Shown here one piece after another: positions 47,880-56,202 of a stretch of DNA of 64,000 nt. The stretch lies in contig OY762069.1 of assembly GCA_963665095.1 (NCBI GenBank), positions 6,400,001-6,464,000 on the forward strand, written 5' to 3'. The translations under genes were made by a program, and so were the position numbers. Origin of the DNA: an uncultured Desulfobacter sp. (GTDB lineage Bacteria > Desulfobacterota > Desulfobacteria > Desulfobacterales > Desulfobacteraceae). A model generated the notes under the pieces. That model searched no databases and was not told where the DNA came from. It saw only the letters and a list, made by a program, of their open reading frames with translations. Positions within the stretch are counted from its first letter, which is position 1, and each line of letters begins with the position of its first letter.

Positions 47880-49597
47880 ATGCATCCTGATAAAAATAAC
47901 TTTAGCGTTTCTTTCTGTTTCTGGACTATTGCAGTATCTGTGGCCGCATTCGTCTTTATTTCGGGGTGGTTTACCTCAGGTTTTGCTGTGGCTGCAGGTG
48001 CCGATGTGAAACAGGCCCAGCAGCAGCTTAAAACCCTTGGATACGACCCCGGCCCTGCCGACGGTGTCATGGGGCAGAAAACCGTTAACGCTGTCAGGTG
48101 TTTCCAGCTGGACCGCGGCCTTCCGGTGACAGGCCGGCTTGACCGGGCAACGGCTGACACACTTGGACTTGATCAGGGCCGGTCTGTCCGGATGGTGGGG
48201 CACAAGAGTGGCCGCCATGCCCTTTTGGTGGGGAACAGCGCCTATCGCAACGGGGGCGGCCTGAAAAATCCGGTCAATGATGTGTCTGCCATGGCAAAGG
48301 TGCTGGACGTCCTTGGATTTGAGGTGAAAAAACTGACCGACTGCACCCAGAATGAGATGAGAAAAGCCATGGATGAGTTTGGCCTCCGGATGAAAAACCA
48401 GGAGGTGGGGCTCTTTTTCTATGCCGGCCACGGGGTGCAGGTCGGGGGAAAAAACTATCTTGTTCCCGTGGACTGCTGCAGGATGGACTATCCAAACCAG
48501 GTGGATTACAACTGCGTTGATGTGGGCCGGCTTCTGGCCAATATGGAAAATGCCGGTGCCAGGACCAATATCGTGATCCTGGATGCCTGCCGGGACAATC
48601 CTTTTAGACGCAGCTGGAGCCGGGGTAGCCAGGATAAGGGGCTTGCCTTTATGAATGCCCCTTCCGGCTCCTTTATCGCCTATGCCACCTCTCCTGGCAG
48701 GACGGCTGCGGACGGCTCAGGAACAAACGGCCTCTACACCTCGGCCCTGCTCAAGTACATTGCAGCGCCCGGGATCAAGATCGAAGATGTGTTCAAAAAG
48801 GTGCGCATTGATGTAAGACGCCAGTCCAACGGTGGCCAGACCCCCTGGGAGTCCACCTCCTTGCAGGGGGATTTCTATTTTGCGGCAGTGGGAAACAGCC
48901 CGGCTGTTTTCAGATGGGGGATACCTTTGGGGATGGACGCAGTAATGAAAAACCTGTGCATAAGGTATGCGTGGACGGATTCTGGATGGGGCGGTATGAG
49001 GTGACCCAGGCCGAGTACCGAAAAATGATGGGAGAAAATCCGTCAGGATTTAAAGGGGTCCGCCGGCCGGTAGAGAGTGTAAGCTGGGACGATGCGAAAA
49101 AGTTTATATCAGCGCTGAACCGGCGGAGCAGTAAAACATTTGCCCTTCCCACTGAGGCCCAGTGGGAATATGCCGCCCGGGAGAGGGGTAAAAAGGTGCG
49201 ATTTGGCACCGGCAGGAATACCATTGGTCCGGATGAGGCCAATTTTAATGCAGAATCAGAATATAAAAAATCCTATTCCCGTAGCGGCGTTTACCGGCAA
49301 AAGACCATGGATGTGGGCAGTTTTTCACCCAACAGCCTGGGGCTGTATGATATGGCTGGCAATGTCTGGGAGTGGTGTGAAGATGCTTGTAACCCCAATG
49401 CTTATTCAAAGCATGTACAAAACAATCCTGTTATTACAAAAGGGTCGTGGTTCCATGGGACGATACGCCGTTTACGTGGCGGTTCCTGGTCCGACTTGCC
49501 TATGCGCGTGCGTTGTGCCTACCACGACGGGTACATTCCGTCCTGGCGGGATAGACGAGGCGGATTTCGCTTGGTCGTCCTCCCAGGTCACAGGTAA
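47880..49597 (+). pseudogene. PG-binding + caspase-like (peptidase C14) + FGE-sulfatase (SUMF1) multidomain gene split by a frameshift near 48900
   Basis: PG-binding QQLKTLGYDPGPADGVMG; caspase dyad FYAGHG and ILDACRDNPF; FGE motifs GRYEVTQAEY, PVESVSW, LPTEAQWEYAAR, GLYDMAGNVWEW, RGGSW, GFRL lie in a different frame (48914-49597). Confidence 0.8.
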
Positions 49598-49669
49598 AAA
49601 AGAAAAGAAACAGGGTTAGGTTTTGAATTACACACAAAGGGGTCTTAAATTACAAGTTTTTCAAAAAGA

Positions 49670-50104
49670 CTATTTACAAGACGGGTCCTGATCAATTATC
49701 AATCTTTTTCCCAGACTTATTACATGATCGTTACAGAATCCTATGGATTGATAAAACTGGATAACTGACTCATTGGATTCTCTGACCTGCAAATTAATTT
49801 TGGGGCAGCCCAGGGCGAGCAATCTTTTTTCAATTTCATTCATTATGGCTTTGCCGTAGCCCATTTTTTGAAAAGCCGGATCAACCGCAAGATAATTTAT
49901 CCAGCCCCGGTGGCCTTCATAACCGCCCATGACGGTAGCTATAATTTTGCCCTGAATTTTTCCAACAAGGAATAATTCAGGGTTGCCCTTCAATTTTCTG
50001 TCTATATCTTTATCCGGATCATTCTGGACAGCAAGGATATTGCAGTCTTTCCACAGGGAAATAACCTGGTTCCTGTCTTTTTCGTGGTATTCAACAATTT
50101 TCAT
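49670..50104 (-). CDS. GNAT family acetyltransferase (YpeA-like)
   Basis: NDPDKDIDRK, MGGYEGHRGWINYLAV, CPKINLQVR; start ATG 50104. Confidence 0.9.
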   Translation of the reverse strand: MKIVEYHEKDRNQVISLWKDCNILAVQNDPDKDIDRKLKGNPELFLVGKIQGKIIATVMGGYEGHRGWINYLAVDPAFQKMGYGKAIMNEIEKRLLALGCPKINLQVRESNESVIQFYQSIGFCNDHVISLGKRLIIDQDPSCK

Positions 50105-50266
50105 GATTTCTGCAACATTGGTGTATATTAAGTGTTTTAAAAATTTTTCAAAGCGGTAAAAGAAATTCAACTAAACGTTTTAGCCCTTGACGTGCTTATA
50201 TTTTTTAGTCATGAATTTCTGAAAAAAGCAATCGGGAAAACATAATAAAGACAGGAACAAAACATT

Positions 50267-51268
50267 ATGAATTTTACCAAATTCCCCAGGCGGAACTACC
50301 TGCAGGGACCCACCCCCATTGAACCCATGCCCCGGCTGAGCCGGGAGCTGGGAAAAGATGTCAATATTTTTATCAAGCGTGATGACCTTTTGCCCGGGGC
50401 TGCCGGGGGCAACAAAACCCGGAAACTTGAGTTCTGCATTGCCGATGCCCTGGATAAAGGGGCGGACAGCATCATCACCTGCGGGGCCGTGCAGTCCAAC
50501 CACTGCCGCCTGACCGCGGCCTGGTCGGCCAAGGAGGGGCTTGGGTGTCACCTGGTCCTGGAGGAGCGGGTCAAAGGGACCTATAGCAAAGAGGCGTCGG
50601 GAAACAACTTTTTGTTTGAGCTGCTGGGGGTGAAAACCATTGAGGTGGTTGACGGCGGGTCAGACATGGCGGCTGAAATGCAGAAAAAAGCAGATGCGCT
50701 TGCCGCTGCAGGAAAGGTGCCCTACATCATTCCGGGCGGGGCCTCCAATGCCATCGGCGCCACAGGTTATGCCCTGTGTGCCGAGGAGACCATAACCCAG
50801 CTCAACCAGATGCGGCTGGATATTGAGCATATCATTGTACCGTCGGGATCAGCCGGAACCCATGCCGGGATGCTGGCCGGCATGGCCGGGGTCAGCGGGA
50901 ACATTCCCATTTCCGGTATGAATGTATCGCGCACCAAAGAGATCCAGGAGGAGATTGTGTATGGGCTGGCCTGTGAAACCGCGAAGCGCCTGGAGATTGC
51001 AGGTTCTGTGGCCAGGGAGGCTGTTGTATGTTACGGGGATTATGTGGGCCCTGGATACTCGTTGCCCACGGACGCCATGGTGGAAGCGGTGAAACTGTTT
51101 GCCGGAACTGAAGCCATCCTGCTGGACCCGGTGTATTCAGGTAAGGCTGCAGCCGGGCTCATTGACCTGGTCCGTAAAGGGACGTTTGCCCCGGGAAGCA
51201 ATATTTTATTTCTTCACACGGGCGGCTCTCCGGCTCTTTATGCTTATCTTTCCTGTTTCAGGCAGTAA
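50267..51268 (+). CDS. dcyD: D-cysteine desulfhydrase / cysteate sulfo-lyase family PLP enzyme
   Basis: PTPI, KRDD..GGNKTRKLE, GAVQSNH, PSGSAGTHAG, LDPVYSGK, FLHTGG. Confidence 0.88.
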   Translation: MNFTKFPRRNYLQGPTPIEPMPRLSRELGKDVNIFIKRDDLLPGAAGGNKTRKLEFCIADALDKGADSIITCGAVQSNHCRLTAAWSAKEGLGCHLVLEERVKGTYSKEASGNNFLFELLGVKTIEVVDGGSDMAAEMQKKADALAAAGKVPYIIPGGASNAIGATGYALCAEETITQLNQMRLDIEHIIVPSGSAGTHAGMLAGMAGVSGNIPISGMNVSRTKEIQEEIVYGLACETAKRLEIAGSVAREAVVCYGDYVGPGYSLPTDAMVEAVKLFAGTEAILLDPVYSGKAAAGLIDLVRKGTFAPGSNILFLHTGGSPALYAYLSCFRQ

Positions 51269-51963
51269 TGAAAGAGAAAACAGCCGGCATCCTGGGGGGG
51301 ATGGGGCCTGAGGCTACGGTGGACCTGATGCAGCGCATTATCCGCCTCACCCCTGCCAAAGACGATATCGACCATATCCACTGCATTGTGGACAATAATC
51401 CTAAAATTCCGTCCCGGATCAAGGCCATTATTGAGGGAACCGGTGAGGATCCGGCTCCCGACCTGGTGAAAATGGCCCAAAGGCTGGAAGCGGCCGGGGC
51501 GGATTTTCTGGCCATTGCCTGCAATACCGCACACTACTATTATCCGGCAGTGGCCGGGGCCGTGGATATTCCTGTGATTCACATGGTTAAAGAGGTGCTG
51601 GACCATCTGAAGACAAAGGTTCCGGATTTGGACCGGGTCGGGGTGCTGGCTTCCCCGGCCATTGAAATAACCGGCCTGTATGAGTCCATATTCACACATT
51701 CCGGCATCCGGGTCATCTATCCGGCACCGGATGTCCGGGATACGCTGTTCAACGTTATCCGCCAGGTCAAGGCCGGTAATCGGTCAGCCCGGGTGGCCAA
51801 AGACTATGAAGGGGCATGTGCGCATTTTCGGGAAAAGGGTGCAAAGCTTTGCATTGTGGCCTGTACGGAATTATCTGCGTTAGACATTCATCCGGATGAA
51901 CTGCCCCTGGTGGATGCGGCTCAGGTGCTGGCTCAGGCCATTGTAACCATGGCCAAAGGGTGA
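51268..51963 (+). CDS. aspartate/glutamate racemase family protein
   Basis: GILGGMGPEAT, IACNTAH, ACTEL two-Cys racemase motifs; TAATG overlap with the upstream gene. Confidence 0.92.
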   Translation: MKEKTAGILGGMGPEATVDLMQRIIRLTPAKDDIDHIHCIVDNNPKIPSRIKAIIEGTGEDPAPDLVKMAQRLEAAGADFLAIACNTAHYYYPAVAGAVDIPVIHMVKEVLDHLKTKVPDLDRVGVLASPAIEITGLYESIFTHSGIRVIYPAPDVRDTLFNVIRQVKAGNRSARVAKDYEGACAHFREKGAKLCIVACTELSALDIHPDELPLVDAAQVLAQAIVTMAKG

Positions 51964-52121
51964 TGTCCGCAATCGAAAAAGGTATCTGAGGAATTGAAAA
52001 TCAGTGGATGATGATTTATGTTGCAAGCTGTTTTACGCTTTAATGAAAAGCGTGGCTGCCAGTAACAAACGGCGAACAAAAATGAAAGAAGCGGGGTTAA
52101 CCCGCCTTGTAAAAAGGATTT

Positions 52122-52763
52122 ATGGATACAATATCTTACTGGTTGGTATTTTTATCAGCTGCATTTGCCATTAATATTTCACCGGGGCCGGATTTAATTT
52201 ACATTGTCTCACGGACCATTGCCCAGGGCCGTAAAATCGGCCTTGCCTCTTCTTTGGGGGTGTGTACCGGCGCTCTTGTTCATATATTTGCAGCGGCTTT
52301 AGGGTTGTCCGCCATCCTGGCCACATCGGCCATGGCCTTTTCCGTGGTTAAGTATATCGGTGCAGCCTACCTGTTCTATCTGGGCATTCAAACCCTGCGG
52401 TCCAAAGGGATCTCCTTTGATGTGCCGGCAAAAAAAGAGACGGAAACAACAGTGTGGCAAGCATTTCGCCAGGGGGTTCTGGTGGATGTGCTCAATCCCA
52501 AGGTGGCCGTATTTTTCATGGCGTTTCTGCCCCAGTTTATTCGGCCGGAACTGGGCCATGACAGTGTCCAGATTATTTTTCTGGGCGTGCTGGTGGACCT
52601 TCTCGGGCTGGTGGTGGAGTCTCTGGTGGTTCTGACCGCTGCCCGGACCACGGGCTTTTTCCGCGCCAACCCAAAGGTTTCCATATGGCTGGACCGGTTA
52701 CTGGGCTCTGTTCTCATTGGCCTTGGACTTCGGCTGGCCTTGACCCGGGATGCCGGCCATTGA
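52122..52763 (+). CDS. LysE/RhtB family amino acid exporter
   Basis: SPGPD, LGLSA, KYIGAAYL, LNPKVAVFF..FLPQF. Confidence 0.92.
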   Translation: MDTISYWLVFLSAAFAINISPGPDLIYIVSRTIAQGRKIGLASSLGVCTGALVHIFAAALGLSAILATSAMAFSVVKYIGAAYLFYLGIQTLRSKGISFDVPAKKETETTVWQAFRQGVLVDVLNPKVAVFFMAFLPQFIRPELGHDSVQIIFLGVLVDLLGLVVESLVVLTAARTTGFFRANPKVSIWLDRLLGSVLIGLGLRLALTRDAGH

Positions 52764-52790
52764 GCTGAATGGATATAAGGAGCGTCACAT

Positions 52791-53507
52791 ATGTCGGTTA
52801 CCATAGGCATTGCTGCCAATACTGAAAAAAATACAAACGGTCAGACCATCACCAGTGTGCCTGTGGAGTACAGTAACAGCCTTCTACGGGTAGGTGCTGT
52901 GCCCTTGGTGGTGCCGCTTACCACAGATGAGGCAGCCATTGCCAGTATGCTGTCCCGGGTGGACGGGCTTGTGCTTCCCGGCGGACTGGATATGGATGCG
53001 GGTTTTTTCAACCAGGAAATGCATCCGGCGTGCAATGCCAGTGATCCGGACCTGGATACATTTCAGATAAGCCTTGTAAAGCTTGCCGTGGCTGGTAGGA
53101 TGCCGGTGTTAGGTATCTGCCGGGGTGCCCAGGTCATCAATGTGGTTTTAGGCGGCAGCCTGATTCAGGATATTCCCAGTATGGTACCGGAGTCATCCCT
53201 GCGGCATATGCAAAAGGTGCTCTCATATGATACCGACCATGAGGTCCGGTTCGCTGAGGGGTCCAGGTTCCACCGCCTGTTCGGGCCCTCCATCCGGATC
53301 AACTCCCGGCATCACCAGTCCATAGATACCCCGGGGGATGGTGTTCGGATTACGGCATGGGCAACAGACGGGGTGGTGGAAGGTGCCCAGCACGAATCCC
53401 TGCCCATGGACCTGGTCCAGTGGCACCCGGAGCTGCTCATGCAAAACGGCGATGTCATGCTGCCATTGTTTGAACACTTCATTGACACCTGTAAAAAACG
53501 CAGATAG
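52791..53507 (+). CDS. gamma-glutamyl-gamma-aminobutyrate hydrolase family (peptidase C26, PuuD-like)
   Basis: DGLVLPGG, PVLGICRGAQ, INSRHHQ, VQWHPE. Confidence 0.88.
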   Translation: MSVTIGIAANTEKNTNGQTITSVPVEYSNSLLRVGAVPLVVPLTTDEAAIASMLSRVDGLVLPGGLDMDAGFFNQEMHPACNASDPDLDTFQISLVKLAVAGRMPVLGICRGAQVINVVLGGSLIQDIPSMVPESSLRHMQKVLSYDTDHEVRFAEGSRFHRLFGPSIRINSRHHQSIDTPGDGVRITAWATDGVVEGAQHESLPMDLVQWHPELLMQNGDVMLPLFEHFIDTCKKRR

Positions 53508-53811
53508 ACAAGGGCGCATAAAACGCTGAAGGTGGGGTCATCCGCCGGTGATACCGGCAAAAAAGTGGATACCCCGGTAATGGTCAACGGTCTGAAATAT
53601 CGGCGTTTTTTTTCGGTTTGTTTTTTTTTTGCTTTTGGATATCGATTACAGGTTGATTTTATAAGCATTAATTAATATACAAAGGGCAACTTCGTAGCAC
53701 ATGCATTAAGAAGAGCGTGATTGATTATGTGACATAAACGGATGATTGATTGAAGACCCCCCAGGTCACATCCGGGACCATCTGACATAACAGTTTTATT
53801 GGAGAGGGATC

Positions 53812-54660
53812 ATGAAACGATTATTTCTCATTGCAGTACCTTGGTTTGCAATTGTAATAGCTGGCAGTGCCGCTGCTTCAGACACCGGTGCCACCCTTGA
53901 TCTGCCCACGGGCACACTGACGCTTCAGGCGCCTGAAGATACGGATCACAAGGCCACTTTGTCGCCGGTAAATTTCCCCCATTCCCTTCATTTCTCATAT
54001 TCCTGCGAAGCATGTCACCACACCTGGGACGGTAACAGCCCGATTCAAAGCTGTGCCACTGCCGGCTGCCATGAGAATTTCTGGGCACCCAAGCCCGGTT
54101 CAGATACGAGTGAGAAGAAGACAAAATCCCTGACCGGGGCATTCCATCAGGTGTGCCGGGACTGCCACAGAAAAGAGGAAGCCCAGCAGAAATCCGCTGG
54201 TTCCAAAAATATTTCCACAGGTCCCGTGGCCTGTGCCGGATGTCATCCTGACCCCCATTCCGATATTGTGAACAGCGAAGAGACCCTTTCCATTCCCCTG
54301 GGGATGATGACCATTGCCGCCCCGGAAGGGGTTGAGGCAACCCGCGGGGAAGTGACATTCCCGCACGGGCTCCATTTCCAGTTCGCATGCAAAGACTGCC
54401 ATCATGACTGGGACGGTGAGAGCGAAGTTGAGGCCTGCAGCTCCTGTCATAATGAAACTGAACCGTCAGGCACCCGGAATATTAAGGATGAGGCCAATGT
54501 AATGTACTATCTGGCTGCCTACCATAATGTATGCGTGACCTGCCACCGGGATACTGCCAAGGTGCAGAGAGCAGCAGCCAAAGCCATTAAAAAGGGTCAG
54601 ATGAAGCCAGAGGATCTTCCCAAGGCGGGACCCGTAAACTGCAACGGTTGCCACGGCTGA
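53812..54660 (+). CDS. periplasmic octaheme cytochrome c3-family protein (two tandem tetraheme domains)
   Basis: Signal peptide; heme motifs CEACH, CATAGCH, CRDCH, CAGCH, CKDCH, CSSCH, CVTCH, CNGCH; repeated FPHxLH. Confidence 0.9.
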   Translation: MKRLFLIAVPWFAIVIAGSAAASDTGATLDLPTGTLTLQAPEDTDHKATLSPVNFPHSLHFSYSCEACHHTWDGNSPIQSCATAGCHENFWAPKPGSDTSEKKTKSLTGAFHQVCRDCHRKEEAQQKSAGSKNISTGPVACAGCHPDPHSDIVNSEETLSIPLGMMTIAAPEGVEATRGEVTFPHGLHFQFACKDCHHDWDGESEVEACSSCHNETEPSGTRNIKDEANVMYYLAAYHNVCVTCHRDTAKVQRAAAKAIKKGQMKPEDLPKAGPVNCNGCHG

Positions 54661-54683
54661 TCGGTTAAAAAAATTTAAAGTTT

Positions 54684-54728
54684 AATCAGCCCGGCACGCC
54701 CCGGTCAGCGGGGTCTGCCGGGCTGATT
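54684..54728 (+). terminator. GC-rich stem-loop after the cytochrome gene
   Basis: AATCAGCCCGGCA / TGCCGGGCTGATT stem; U tract weak. Confidence 0.55.
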
Positions 54729-54758
54729 GCGTTATTGAAAGTTAAAAAGGAAGTTCGT

Positions 54759-55388
54759 TTGAAAATAAACACCCGGGGACGGTTTCTGGTTTTTGAAGGC
54801 ATTGACGGGTCTGGTAAAAGCACCCAGGCATCGCTTTTATGTCAGCGTCTTGAAGAGGCGGGCCAAAAAACGCTGAGCACGTGTGAACCGACGGAGGGCC
54901 CTGTGGGAAAACTGATCCGGCAGATGCTTTCAGGTGACCTTGCTGCAGACCAGCGGACCATTGCCTGTCTGTTTGCAGGGGATCGCACGGAGCATCTGAC
55001 TCACCCGGAAACCGGCATTCGGCAGCAGGTGGATGACGGTGTAATGGTGGTGTGTGACCGGTATTATTTTTCCTCCTATGCCTATCACAGCCAGTATATG
55101 GATATGGAGTGGGTAATCCAGGCCAACCGGCTCAATGCAGATATTTTAAGGCCGGATGTTACCCTGTTTATTGATGTGGACCCTGAAATTTGTATCAAGC
55201 GGCTTGAAACCACCAGAAAACGCCTTGAAATCTATGAAAAATTAGATATCATGAAACAGGTCAGGGCGAACTATTTTTCGGCCTTTCACCGCCTGAAAAC
55301 CCAAGAGCACGTCGCGGTGATCAATGGCAATGATACACCCGAGAATATATCCAGGGCAGTCTGGAAAGAGGTTAATCGGCTGATTTAA
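54759..55388 (+). CDS. tmk: thymidylate kinase
   Basis: FEGIDGSGKST, EPT, CDRYYFSSYAY, PDVTLFIDV; TTG start after AAGGAAG. Confidence 0.93.
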   Translation: MKINTRGRFLVFEGIDGSGKSTQASLLCQRLEEAGQKTLSTCEPTEGPVGKLIRQMLSGDLAADQRTIACLFAGDRTEHLTHPETGIRQQVDDGVMVVCDRYYFSSYAYHSQYMDMEWVIQANRLNADILRPDVTLFIDVDPEICIKRLETTRKRLEIYEKLDIMKQVRANYFSAFHRLKTQEHVAVINGNDTPENISRAVWKEVNRLI

Positions 55389-55399
55389 CGGAAAAAGAC

Positions 55400-55807
55400 A
55401 TGAAGAAAGTGTGCGTAATAGACGGGCAGGGGGGTGGTATCGGATCTGCCGTGATTAAGCGAATTAAGGAGCGGTTTGAGGAGTCGGTTGAAGTCATTGC
55501 CCTCGGCACCAATGCCATTGCCACAGCCCAGATGCTTAAAGCCCGTGCCAATAAAGGTGCTTCCGGCACCAATGCCATTGTTCAGACGGTGCGTAATGCA
55601 GATATGATCATAGGCCCTGTGGGCATTATCATGCCCCACGCCATGATGGGAGAGGTGACGCCCCAGATGGCGGAAGCCGTCTCCATATCCCGGGCAAGAA
55701 AGGTGCTCCTGCCCCTGACCCAGGAAAATATCTCCATTATCGGCCTTGTGGGATCACCGTTGCCCCAGCTGGTGGATGAGCTGCTGGATGCCTATTTCCC
55801 CATTTAA
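55400..55807 (+). CDS. DUF3842 family protein
   Basis: VIDGQGGGIG, ALGTNAIAT.QMLKA, MMGEVTP. Confidence 0.85.
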   Translation: MKKVCVIDGQGGGIGSAVIKRIKERFEESVEVIALGTNAIATAQMLKARANKGASGTNAIVQTVRNADMIIGPVGIIMPHAMMGEVTPQMAEAVSISRARKVLLPLTQENISIIGLVGSPLPQLVDELLDAYFPI

Positions 55808-55944
55808 TGGTGAATGGGCAAAATTTTGTTGAATAATAACTTGTGACTTGCCGGATTAGTTTTTATATTTAATTGGACCTGTTCCGGAACCAATAAACCG
55901 GAACAGGTCAGTGATGTTGAGATTTAATATCAGGAGTGCATATC

Positions 55945-56136
55945 ATGTGTGAAGCCAATGCATATCTCGTAGACAAAAGTGGCCAGGAATCTTTATTTCT
56001 GGAGGCCGTAGACAAGGTGGAGCCGGATGAAGAAGGCATCCGTCTGGTCTCAATTTTTGGTGAACAGAAATTTATAAAAGGGAAAATTTACTCCCTTTCT
56101 CTGGTGGACCATAAGGTTTTTATCAAACCTGAATAG
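55945..56136 (+). CDS. CooT family nickel-binding protein
   Basis: MCEANAY N-terminus, SIFGEQK, SLVDHKV. Confidence 0.85.
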   Translation: MCEANAYLVDKSGQESLFLEAVDKVEPDEEGIRLVSIFGEQKFIKGKIYSLSLVDHKVFIKPE

Positions 56137-56149
56137 CGGATATTAACTA

Positions 56150-56180
56150 CAAAGGCGGACCGTTATTCGGTCCGCCTTTG
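56150..56180. terminator. bidirectional terminator between cooT and nfnB
   Basis: CAAAGGCGGACCG / CGGTCCGCCTTTG perfect 13-bp stem. Confidence 0.75.
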
Positions 56181-56202
56181 GGTTGTCAAAAGAATCTAAA
56201 AA

